64,000 nt of DNA from Mytilus edulis (Eukaryota): the NCBI RefSeq assembly GCF_963676685.1, contig NC_092346.1, positions 9,734,001 through 9,798,000 of the forward strand, written 5' to 3'. The notes beneath the pieces were generated by a model. It was given only the letters and a program-made list of their open reading frames with translations. It was not told the origin of the DNA and did not search any database. A program made the position numbers and the translations under genes. This document shows positions 28,801 through 40,500 of this stretch, piece after piece. Every line of letters begins with the position of its first letter. The first letter of the stretch is position 1.

Positions 28801-29891
28801 ATTTCCTTTCTCAATTTTATTTTATACTTTTGTAGATGTGCAAACCTATCATCTGAGAATAAAATTATTTAAACACAGATGATTCTTGACTTATTTTATA
28901 AAAAAATGAATATATTTACCAGGGAAAAAAATGTCACATAAATGCTGATTCTACCTTCTTTCTGTTTAATTTTTACCATGCAAAAGAAAAAAAAATGCAT
29001 TTCAAACGTTCTCATAAGTGGGATGAATTGGAAAACCTACACTCTTTACAGTTTTATTATTTTATTCATATGTTGGGCTAGTTTGTAGTCATAAGTGGGG
29101 GGAGTTGGCATTGCTAAATTCATTGTGTTTTATTTATTTGTCATGAACATGATGAATGGAGCGAGGTGCCAGACCGTATTTCAAAGATATTTTAACCCTT
29201 TACATAAGTGGGGTAAGTTATCCAACCTATTTTCAATGGGATTTTACCCTTTTTAATGTGCCCATTTCTAGTCAATAATTATAATTAAATAAGTTTCCTT
29301 ATTTTTGTATTCTGTGTAGATTAGTCTCATATTTACAAAAATGTAAGTGGGTCGATTTGGCAGATAAAAAATTATAAGTGAATCTAAATATTACCGTTTT
29401 TCATTAAGTGGGGCGAGTTGGCAGTAGTTATATTAACGGAATTAAACCTATTTCACAAGTGGGGTGATTTAAAAAAAAAAATGGGGCAATTTGGTAATCC
29501 AGTTTGGGTCGATTTTTTTAAGTGGGTGGTTTTCGTGAAAAAGTAAGGCGATTAGGTGTTGGGGGATTTACCAGTGGGAGATTTGTCATGGATTCGTCAA
29601 ACAGATAGCGATAAGGTTCAACTTTAATTTTCCAATTTAACAGATTTAGACTAACCTGTTGTAGACAACATACATTACTACAAGAAACAGATAGTTGGGA
29701 AATTTGTTCTTACTTACATCATGAACTAGTTTGACATCACCATGTTGTACTTCATAAACCTGAAATGCTCCAGTTCCGCGTGCATGGTTACCGAGTACAA
29801 TAAATTTTGCGCTACACGGAATCCATTTTGTATCAAATAATGTGTAATTTACTGGTTTCTGTACATGGGAAATAATCTGTGGCTTCTCCAT
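19897..29891 (-). CDS. WDR92: WD repeat protein 92 / dynein axonemal assembly factor 10, 8 coding exons, 353 aa
   Basis: Exons 29718-29891 ([30 protein letters not shown]...), 27278-27378 ([29 protein letters not shown]), 26829-26956, 26028-26129 ([14 protein letters not shown]), 23020-23135 ([17 protein letters not shown]), 21936-22070, 20907-21004 (AHKSTVW), 19897-20104 ([27 protein letters not shown]). Sum 1062 nt, phases consistent. Confidence 0.96.
23605..25703 (-). mobile_element. Helentron/HINE-like element carrying two tandem arrays and a (GAC)n microsatellite, nested in a MITE in a WDR92 intron
   Basis: Same termini as 1997-2957; ~140-bp repeats at ~24450-24990; ~160-bp repeats at ~25000-25600; GACGACAACGACGACGACG at ~25625. 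Confidence 0.8.
28030..29596. mobile_element. Decayed inverted-repeat element with AAGTGGGGCGA-type subterminal repeats, interrupted by the 28190-28822 repeat
   Basis: AAATCGCCCCAAACTGG...AACTTGTGAA (28037-28097) versus TTCACAAGTGGGGTGATTT...CCAGTTTGGGTCGATTT (29452-29516). Confidence 0.6.
28190..28822 (+). repeat. High-copy interspersed repeat; 3' end dispersed through the window
   Basis: The end segment GGCCTTCGGCTGTTGTCTGCTCTATGGTCGGG...CCCCATTTCCATTCTCAATTTTAT recurs at ~7088-7327, 13515-13583, 26490-26636 and inverted at 58896-59010. Confidence 0.8.
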
Positions 29892-30000
29892 TTTGTTTTA
29901 AAACACTTTTAAAATAAGAAAACTTGTAGAAATTCGATTAAACCCAATCTTGTAGCAACATGAAATTTCTTTTTCTTTCGCGAACTTTAACCGGAAGTGA
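29892..30000. promoter_or_regulatory. Putative shared promoter of head-to-head WDR92 and RRP36
   Basis: ETS-type CCGGAAGT (29991-29998), TTTCGCGA (29976-29983) and RFX half-site-like GTAGCAAC (29952-29959) within ~110 bp of the WDR92 ATG. Confidence 0.55.
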
Positions 30001-31581
30001 AACTTTCCTACCTTATTGCAGAAGAGCTCTATAAATAAAAACAGGTGCTGCTAAAGTCAGTTAACTCGATACTTTGCCTTTGTTATGACACTTAAGTAGA
30101 TATTTTAACATTTCTCACTTTAATATTATGTAGATAGATAATTTTCTGACAGAGTGATTACAAACCCCATCACACTATCATGACTATTCACTGATTTAGT
30201 AATAATTTGATATTGTCAAGGATTTGTATAGTGATATTGTCAACAAACAAACATGTGCAGCTGGAATAAATTTTTGTTATGCCTAGTGGCTAGAGCTAGT
30301 GGCAAGCAGAAATGACATGAAGCAGGTGCTACCTGTTGAGAACATAAAAGTTATTAGTGCATGTTTATTTTGCTTTATATAGTGGATTTCTTGACCTGTA
30401 TTATTTTGTCAAATTTACCTCCACCAGACAGGCAACTTGGGCAAAAAAGGTCTCTTTCCTGTCTGTCACTTAGCTTTGCTGACTTGTCAAAAGGGAAATC
30501 TAGTGCGCCTGTTATTGCCCAAGGGTAAAAACTTAAATCTAGTCCCCCTGTTGTTCACCCTATTCGCTTTCAGTTGCTTTCGTCATCAGGAATTTGATTT
30601 TTTTACCAAATCCATCTATAAGTAAAGATGGGGGGGGGGGGGGGGGGGGGGGGGGGGAGGGTGCATGGTTCTGAATACAGATCCATGTGGAATAAAATTT
30701 GCAAAAATGACTTGCATTGAAAACAAAAATCAGGAAAAGCTATAAGCACCAGAAATAAAATAATAAATATTAATGAAAATAGTGCTAGAAGTTATGTAAC
30801 TCAGCTGTTCATGGAGATCATGCAGTCATTATTAATAGAAATGAAGACCTTGTGGTTGCCTTTTACCATCTGTTAGTTGTATTAGATTTAGGAAAAAAAA
30901 ATGTGATTCATTGTAATTTTATGTACTTTAATTTACAATATTTATATAGCACATTATCTAATTAAAATTACTCTAAGCGCTTAACATAAAACAATCAATG
31001 CAGTTAAGAGAGGTGTTTAAAAACATAAAAACAATCAATGCAATAAGAATGAAATAAAATTTTGAACACATAAAAAAAAACTTTACTGCATACAGTACAT
31101 GTATATACATATATACCGTAAATACATGTATACCATATCTGGTCGACTTAAATTATTCTGGTTTACCTTTGAATTAAATGCATGACAAGCCAGAGAAATA
31201 ATAAGTACAGACATAAAACACAAAAAACAAACAAGGGGGAAAAAGGAAGCATGCACATCGAACCAAATATGGGGGAAATGATAAATAAAACATCGAAACA
31301 CATAAGCACACGAAATAAAAAGGCAAAAAATTATGCACGGAAATAAAACTTTATCACACTCAGTAAAAAATCAAAGATATAAACATGTATATCCGTAAAT
31401 GATTTATTTTCTTTCAAAAAGAGGTTAAAGCATTGAATTAACAGTTCATGAATAATTAAAGGAACATACAATAAACTTATTATTTCATAAACGTAAACAT
31501 GATAAAATCATGAAAATAGATGTGTTAGTAATCCAACTTGAAATAATTTTGTTGTTGCAGAAATTGTAATTATAGAAGAGA

Positions 31582-34500
31582 ATGTCTAGCACTATATCAG
31601 TTTCCAAGAAAAGAAAATCTACATTAGACACAACTGCTTCATATTCAGTAAATAATGCAAAAAAGAATAAGATGTCGAAATTACCCAAAAGTCCAGTCGA
31701 TGAGTTACATATGATGAGGAAGAAAGAGCAGGTTGAAGAGTCAGATACAACATCTGAGGAAAGTACCGTTGAAGAATCTGAATCTGAAGGTTCAGATGCA
31801 CAAGAGGCTGAAGCTGATGAATTAGTAAGAATTAATAAGTTGCATAAGTTAAACATTTGTACAACTTTACTATACAATGTATATATATATATAGTTTATT
31901 TTCACAAACTGATCCACGCTTAAATAGATTGAATGTTGATTTTTGCTATTTTTAGACATTATATAAAATAACAACTTGTTAGGATTTGTGATTTCTTCTA
32001 CTAGTTAAAATCACTTCTCACAGATATTTGTTTGAAAGGAGTTAATAAAAATATTGTTTGCCTCAGAGTTTAGGAGAAATCTTATTCAATAAACTATATA
32101 CATTTCACAAACTGGCCTTAATGTACATTGAAATTCTATAAGTGAACCAAGACCTGAAGTGGTAGAGTTAAAACAAGTGAATACTGCTAGGTATAATTCC
32201 CAGTTATCTTTAAATAAATAAGAATGTCGCCACACAACTTGCACAAGACAAACTGTCATTGTTCAATTACTCTAAAGATAGACACAAAAAGAAATTATAT
32301 TTTGTACAAAACTTTTGAATTGTACTACATGTATAATATTAAAGTATAAAAAAAAAATCAACAGGAAGCTTCAAGCCTAATGGACAGAACAACAGATTAC
32401 AGTAACATTAACACCTAAGAAAAAACAAATTAGAGGTCATTTTATATGTACAAACAAAGACAAAACCAAAACAAACAACATATGGTCCCAAAATAATATG
32501 TCTTCTCAAGGAATTGCATTCATTATCAAATCAATAGTTATTGTTTTTATTTTTTGTTTTTAGGTAACAGTTAAGCAAGGTAAGTTACATATATATATAT
32601 ATAAGGCATCAGTTAGACAGCAACCAAACAACAAAAATATCCAAAAGGCATCTAGGCAGGAAATGAAAATTACATTTTAAATTTATTAGTTTGATGTATG
32701 GAAGACTTTTCTGTAATTGCCTTCCTCAGAATGCTATTAACGAAAAAGATGCATAAAATGCTTCGAACCTAAAAAGACTAATAAAAACCATATACATGTA
32801 TGGTTAGCTTTGACTCAAGGAGTTGGAACAGAAGATTCTGTATAATTTCTAAATTTGTCAACCACACTGACAGTTTTAAGAAATGTATAATAAACTATGT
32901 CAATTGCAAAACAATGACTATTGAGCTAATAATATTCTTGAGAACTAACCACCAGCAGCTGTATCAAAGTTGTGCTGAAAAATGAAAATAACATTTCATA
33001 AATTTGGTGGCCTGAAGCAGTCTTCTGGATTAACTTTCATCAAAAACATTCCACACCAAATTTAAATGCCAATGATGGGTAAGAAGAGTGATATACTTTC
33101 AAATTAATTTATAGGATATACAATTTGGTTTCAGAATTATCAAATATGTCTTTTGAAGAACTAATACAGTTGAAAGAGAGGCTTGGTTTAAAAGTGTAAG
33201 TATATTATTCTTCATTGAGATAACAAAAAGTCTCCTTGTACTTGAACTTTAACGCATTTGTAAAGTGTAAAAAAATCTTCAGTTCAAATTTTTTATGAAA
33301 ATGTCAAGAACTTAAAAATTCCTGGATTTGTGATTTTCTGTTCGTGGTGATGCTCAAATCATCAGCGTAACAAAGCTGAAATATACTCATGCCAACTCAT
33401 GTTCACTGTGGCCTTTAACCTTGAATTTTGTAATGATATTGATAAAGCTTAACTCATATTCAAATGTATTGTATCTGTGTATTCAAGTTGAATGATTTTA
33501 AAATGAAATAGGTCTAGAAAATTGAACCATATAAAAGTGTACCCACTCCAACTGTGGGCTGATTGGAATTGACAAAATCCAAATAAATTGTAAAATATCA
33601 ATGTTATTTTTTTTTTTTACACAATGTGAATATTTTCAGATATAACCAAGTAGTACATGGAGATAAAGTGAAGAAGCCTACCTCTAAAAGAGTTTTTAAA
33701 AGAGAAAATAAGAACAGGTAACACTATCCAATAGCTAAAAACTCATTAAATTGAAAAAGGCAGTAAATATATTCCTTCCTTATTGGTGCAATTATTAAAT
33801 TTTGTAAATACACAGGACACCTCAAATGTGAAGTGAACAAAATGAATCACTCCATGTGCATCATAACTTTTGATTTTTAACTGGATTTTTGTGACAAAAA
33901 TGTCGGTTATTGATTTGGGAAAATACGCCGGGCGGTCGGTCGGGCGGGCGGCAATCAAATGTTGTCCGTGCATGAACTCATGAACCAATCAACCAAAGCT
34001 TTTAAAATTTTAATATGTTGTTACTGACAACTAAATGAAGGTCAAGTTCAATAATGGCGATTTTGACTCTTACAGTTCAGGAGTTATGGTTCTTGAAAGA
34101 TTGAAAAATGGAGTTTTCAGTCGTGTCTGTGCATTTACGCATGAACAATTCAACCAAAGCTTTTAAAATTTTAATATGTTGTTACTGGTGACAAAATAGA
34201 GGTCAAGTTCAATAATGACGATTTTGACTTTTACCGTTCAGGAGTTATGGTTCTTGAAAGATTGAAAAATGGAGTTTTCAGTCATGTCCGTGCATTTACG
34301 CATGAACTGTTCTACCAAAGCTTCCCAAATTGTAATATGTTGTTACTGATGACAAAATGGAGGTCAAGTTCAATAATGACGATTTTGACTTTTACCGTTC
34401 AGGAGTTATGGTTCTTGAAAGATTGAAAAATGGTGTTTCCAGTCGTGTCCGTGCATTTACGCATGAACCATTCAATCAAAGCTTTTCAAATTTTAATATG

Positions 34501-37500
34501 TTGTTACTGGTGACAAAATAGAGGTCTAGTTCAATAATGACGATTTTGACTTTTACCGTTCAGGAGTTATGGTTCTTGAAAGATCGTAAAATGGCGTTTC
34601 CAGTCGTGTCCGTGCATTTACGCATGAACTGTTCTACTAAAGCTTCCCAAATTTTAATATGTTGTTACTGATGTCAAAATGGAGGTCAAGTTCAATAATG
34701 ACGATTTTGACTTTTACCGTTCAGGAGTTATGGTTCTTGAAAGATTGAAAAATGGTGTTTCCAGTCGTGTCTGTGCATTTTCTCATGAACCATTTAACCA
34801 AAGCTTTTCAAATTTTAATATGTTGTTACTGATGACAAAATAGAGGTCAAGTTCAATAATGATGATTTTGACTTTTACCGTTCAGGAGTTATGGTTCTTG
34901 AAAGATCGTAAAATGGTGTTTCCATTCACATTGTTGCATTTACTCACGAACCATTCAATCTTAGCTTTTCAAATTTTAATATGTTGATACTTATGACAAA
35001 ATGGAGGTCAAATTTGATATTGACGATTTTCACTTTCACCAATCATCAGTAATGGTTCTTGTGATATTGCCAGGACACAAATAAATGTTAATAAATCCGG
35101 TGTGCCTGTCGTTGTGACAGCCTCTTGTCCTCTTATGCTTCCTTCTAAAGTCTCTTTTTTTCCCCTTGTTTAGACAGGACGAAAGATATGCATACTTTCT
35201 ATGACAGTTATAGAAAGTAGCAACTGTACTGACTGTTTTAGCAGTAGTCATGTTCCTTATGTTTGGTTAATAATAGCAGTGAATGTATCCATTTTTCCTG
35301 AATAGTTGAATGATACAAACCAGCACTAATAACAGTCTCTAAAAATTGAAGTAAGGTGAGAGTGTTTGCTCTTCTTTAAAAGTCTCACTGTAACTTTGAG
35401 ATGAATATCAGCAATGAAAGCGCTGTTCCCATGCTTTTTTAATATTTTTCTGTTCATATACTGATTTTGTGTCATGAGGATGGGAAACCCGGTTACCATA
35501 TTCGATTTCTTTTGTGAGTTAGTGATGTCTTTGTGCCATAGAACGGTACATATCTTTCATAATATAAAATGAACAAACACCCATTTGAAATTATTCAACA
35601 CTTTATTAAACTGCAAAATCAACAAATGAATAAAATTATTTTAAAACAGTCTGTCGGATTTTTAAAGAACGATGATAATGTCCCTTCCAGTTTTCGTTTT
35701 TTGCTTCATTCGGGTTGGGGACCTTTACAGGTCAGGTTCGTCGGCCATGTTAAAAACATTATAACATGTATAATAGACTGTTTTGAAATATTTATAGATA
35801 GACCAAAAAAATTAAACGCCAGAGCAAAATGCTACTCCAACTATAAAAAGCACAGTACTGTTAAAGTTTTAATTGGCTGTAGCCCTTTAGGTTCAATAAC
35901 ATTTTTATCTGAAGTATGGGGCGGTAGAGTGTCAGACACCGAAATTGTGAGGTCATCTGGGTTTATAAGTTCAATATATCATCACCCAGGTGATCAAATT
36001 CTTGCAGATAGAGGCTTTACTCTTCAAGACGACTTTGCCAGTGTATGCTCTGCAGAACTTATAATTCCGGCTTTTACAAAGGGAAAATCACAGTTATCTG
36101 CAGAGGAGGTTGAAACATCGCGTAAAATGAGCAGCATCAGAATTCATATTGAGAGAGTGATCGGTTTGATGAAAAACCGGTACAAAATTCTACAAGGGAC
36201 TATACCAATCAATATGCTTAAATCAACCACCGATGAGGCATCCACCAAGAAGCAAGCTCGAATAGACAAACTCGTCCGCATTTGCGGATCATTAACCAAC
36301 ATGGGGGAAGGAATTGTCTACAATGAAGAAAGTGATTGACAATACCTCTAATTTAGAACATCCTTTTTAGAGTGGCTGAATGATAAATGTTTATTATTTT
36401 CAAATATTGACTGTATATACATAGTAAATAAAAAATATATGTAGTTCTAGGTTACATATATGCATGCACTTATGATCAATATCTGACTGTTGTTGAGTTC
36501 AACATTTACAGCTAATTTCCTAAAGCATGTAGAGCAAGACTTAAGTTAACTTGCTTGCTTTGTTTTTATATTGTACAATCATTATGATAACACCCAATTA
36601 AATTCAAATATTATATATACAAGTTTAACTATGCCTTTGTGTCAACAATTATACAAACAAAGCAAACAAGCCAACAAAGTTTTCCTTTACATGCATTAGG
36701 AAATTTGCTGTAATGGTCTCAAAAAACAAAATTATAACAATAAATAACTACAAAAGTTGAACACTGTTATATACGTCTCTGATGGTGACAGGTCCACATG
36801 CAAAAGTATTTATTAAGAGCTAGTAACGGGAATGTTTTTACAGTCTTTACATAACCATTGTCCTTTTGGTATTCTTTTCATTTTTAAACATTTAAGATGA
36901 TACCACTGAGTTTTACATTGTGGGTTGTCACAACCAATCATATTCTCCTTTCCATCATCCTTTGATCGGCAGTAGCAATACAATTTATCATTTCTCAAAG
37001 GTACTTGTTTAATCTTGTTTTCCAATTGTCTCGTCAATAATTCTGTCATCACATGACGAATGTGAAAATCTTTCAGTTTTGTTATCATATCTTTAATGAA
37101 GACGTCATTGCGTAAAATATAAAATATCGCTGTTACCTTTGATGTATAAATTACCAAGTCACATAAATTTACATCATGCACGTACATATGAAGCTGGATT
37201 TGATAGTAATATTTGTGTGTAGTCTTCACCTCTCTGCCATTAGCCACAATGCAGGATGAAGGGTCTTTTACATACTCCTGTAATGTCGATTCCTTGTGAC
37301 TGAACGGACATTTGACCTCTATAACTCTATTTCCGTGACAGGAACAGCTGGCTACAGAGTCAGCACTAGCACCAATAAAAGGGGTTTCTTTAGAAATTAG
37401 GAAGCCTGCAGAACTCATATTAAAATGTTGATGTTGTGTCTTCATGGTTGCACTGTACTGATGCAGCGCAACTTTTTCATTTTCTTTACCCCAATGAATT

Positions 37501-40500
37501 GCAGGTACATGATCAAGTGATTTTGAACTAGGGTTACACAAAGTTTTAAGTAGTGATGGCGCTGGATTGTTGAAATCTGTATGTAAAACACTGTACACTA
37601 CTGAAGATGTTATTCGACCAATGCGTTGTTCATGCCATGTTAAAGATGAGCTCTGTTTTTGAGTAACATCGTAGATATACATGATTGTCTCTTTACTCAT
37701 GCTGTAACTATCATTAATTTCGGAGCATTTTCTGCTTAAATCTATTTTTGTGAAGTCTGCATACTCTGCCTTGTACAGAGATCTAAGACATTGTGGTACA
37801 ATCGGATCTGAGGAAACAGTTTTTTGCCAGTGAAATTTGTCAGAGAAGTTGTCAAATGTACTAAGAACCACATGTTTGCTGTTACAAGCATGCAAAGTTT
37901 GAAGAAGAGTCTGTTGTTCTTGTTGGGTTGATGACAAATGTCGAACTTTTACCTTCTTTGCTTTGTTTATACAGCTGGTTTTATAGAATTGAATGTCTTT
38001 TACGGGCGCAGGCTGTACCTTTTTAACGAAATCAGCATTCCACTTGCATGGTAGCTCAGTGCAAAGTTTAGTGGTATATCCCAGTCTCACAGCGGCTTCT
38101 ACTTTGAAGAGAAGGGCTGCAATATGGGAACATGATTCTGCAAGCCTAAAAAAAAATAGGATTTTTGTTTTGCTATCTAGAGATATATGTGTACAGACTA
38201 TTATGACAAGTTTTATACATAAAAAAATATTGCGACCTTTTTTCCATTACTTTTTTCCTGTCTTTACATTATCATACACAAAATTTGCAACAGTCGTAAG
38301 CAAATCAAAAAAAAAAAAAGAGAACAACCTTCAAAGTAACCTGTATGCATAATAAATATAAATGATTTCAATACGATTTTAAAACCTACCCTGCCATGCA
38401 ATTGCAGTGAGCCACGGCTACTGAACCATCTGCAGAAAGGGCAACCCATGGGTGATGAGGTTCCTCGTTCAGTCTTTGTGACGGCCTAACATCTGATTTC
38501 AGTATAGTGTATGCACTGGTGGCAGGCTTATAGCTGTAAACTGTCTGAACCCATCCTGACTGAAAATAGTTGTGGGCATCCAAACTCTTATAGGATTTCA
38601 TACTTGCTCGGGTAAAAATGCCTGAAAATCATACATTGACTAACATAAGAACAAGTCCTTGCGGCTGGGCATATTTACTGTCCTATATTCAATTTAAATT
38701 TAATAGGTTCCAATATTAACCTTTTTAAAAAGTTCACTCTACATATGGTACACATATATGTCAAGATACCGGTATAAGCAAAAACAATTTAAATTACTAG
38801 AAACAAAAAAAATAACAGATTTTTGTAAAAAGGGGAAAGCTAAAAGAATTTATTCTGTTCCATAGTACCTTAAGCATACAAGGAGCTTTGTACATTTTTT
38901 TGTACATTTTTTAATTTTCAGTATAACTGACAAATATTTTAAAACACATGTTTAAAACATTTAATACGTAACCTAGTATTATTCCTAATAATTTAAAGTA
39001 ATATTCTGTAACAGTCTTAAAAGTTATTCACTTTTTATTTTAATCTATATCTTCAGCTTCATGTCATTTTAAAAACTTGACACATATCATAATTATAACT
39101 TCGTGTATTAATTAAAGTTTACATGGACACTAAACGAATATTAAATCTATCCTTTCACACCTGACCTGGGAGGAAATCACCCACTGTGCAAAGTTTATTG
39201 CCAAAGATGTGTCATCTCATCTTCATTTATAACAACTTCTATCATGGTCCGCGTCCTTTACATTTAATTTTTTTTTAAATCAAACTTAAAAGAACAGAAT
39301 TATAACCAAATTAACTTTGCTACACAATTAATCTATATTACATATGTATCAATCTGTGTTTAGTTCTAAATAATATCGCCGTGAATATATTTTTTTTCAT
39401 ATTTTGTTAGTTATTTCAAGGATGTGTTTATTATGTTTCTGCTTACTTTTAATACACAGAGACATATATATGCCTCATCTTTTCATACTAATATTTCACT
39501 GCATAAATCGGTACACCCTTATTCTTCAAAACCGGAAAAAAATAATTAAAGTTATCTATAGGTGTGCTCAGCTTAATAATTTTTAATTCTAAATACCTGG
39601 CGTGTCAATTAAATAGGAATACACATCTCCAAACTGGAGATCTGGCCAACATGATGGGTTATTTTTCCAAACACCTGCAGGGAACTTGTATGGACATTCA
39701 TCACTGTTAATTAACACTAATTTGGTACTATAACGACCTTGTGCCACACTGTCTAGCTTATCAAAATAATTGTATGCCATCTAATTACTGTTTACACCTT
39801 AATTAATAAATGTAAAGTGTTATCTCAATTAACTGACCATTAGCGGTGATTGGAGTATCTAGGGAAAAGCGTCACCTACAGTGATGCCCGGATGCTGTAA
39901 CTACCGGCTGCTACGTCACGCCGGATAACAGAATAAATTTTCGTTCGCCAAAATGGCGATTGCAACTGAATTTTTATTAGCCACAAAATAAAATCATTCG
40001 CCCATGGTGAGTGTGGCGACCTTTACCGCTAACACAGACTGAATCTCAAGATTATTTGAAAGTGAAGCTTGTACATTTGGTAACATAATTGGTCCCATCA
40101 ACACATTATGATGGACTACAGTAGACTATTGATAACTACTATGGTAACAGAAAATATCCTTACAAATTACAGTCATTAAATCACACATGATATGCATTTC
40201 TAGATTTTTAAGCAAACAATAGTTTATAAATGAATTGATCTATTTATAGACCTATGGAAATGTCATCTAAAAGACCAGTGAGGTTAAGCAAAGAAAGTGA
40301 TCCAGCTAAGAAGAAGGTAATTTATCTTATATTTTAATACTTTAATACGTCAAGTTGTGATTATTGTTTCTGATAATAGAAATTTCTTTTCAAATTTCAA
40401 GACTAGAATTAAATGCAACAAGATCAGATGACTATTAACAAATAGACCCCAATTTTATATCAACTATAAGAATAAATGATTTACCAGACATAAACCAAAA

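Larger units (their letters stand above)
35750..39932. mobile_element. ISL2EU-like (PIF/Harbinger-related) DNA transposon, left end truncated, inside RRP36 intron 33718-40249
   Basis: Convergent pair of a Harbinger-type DDE transposase and a YqaJ-exonuclease gene, the architecture known for ISL2EU. Candidate right terminus ...CTACGTCACGCCGGATAACAGA|AT at ~39932; no matching left terminus found. Confidence 0.85.

Noticed and set aside
30629-30661. Poly-G tract (and poly-C at ~6183-6204) as a functional G-quadruplex
   Set aside because: Homopolymer runs are common in these MITE families and their length is unreliable in assemblies; no supporting evidence.
31485-31877. 130-aa Ser-rich minus-strand ORF
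   Set aside because: Antisense shadow of the acidic RRP36 exon.
33960-35060. Regular repeats as a CRISPR-like array
   Set aside because: Whole 161-bp units repeat with no unique spacers; eukaryotic context; no cas genes.
35569-35749. N-terminal ~60 aa of the 256-aa track ORF as part of the transposase
   Set aside because: No transposase motifs; appears to be chance read-through from flanking DNA into the truncated DDE frame.
36813-38090. Viral/phage insertion (YqaJ) or host ING gene
   Set aside because: Spliceosomal introns and adjacency to a Harbinger-type transposase point to a transposon; no ING N-terminal domain and no other viral genes.
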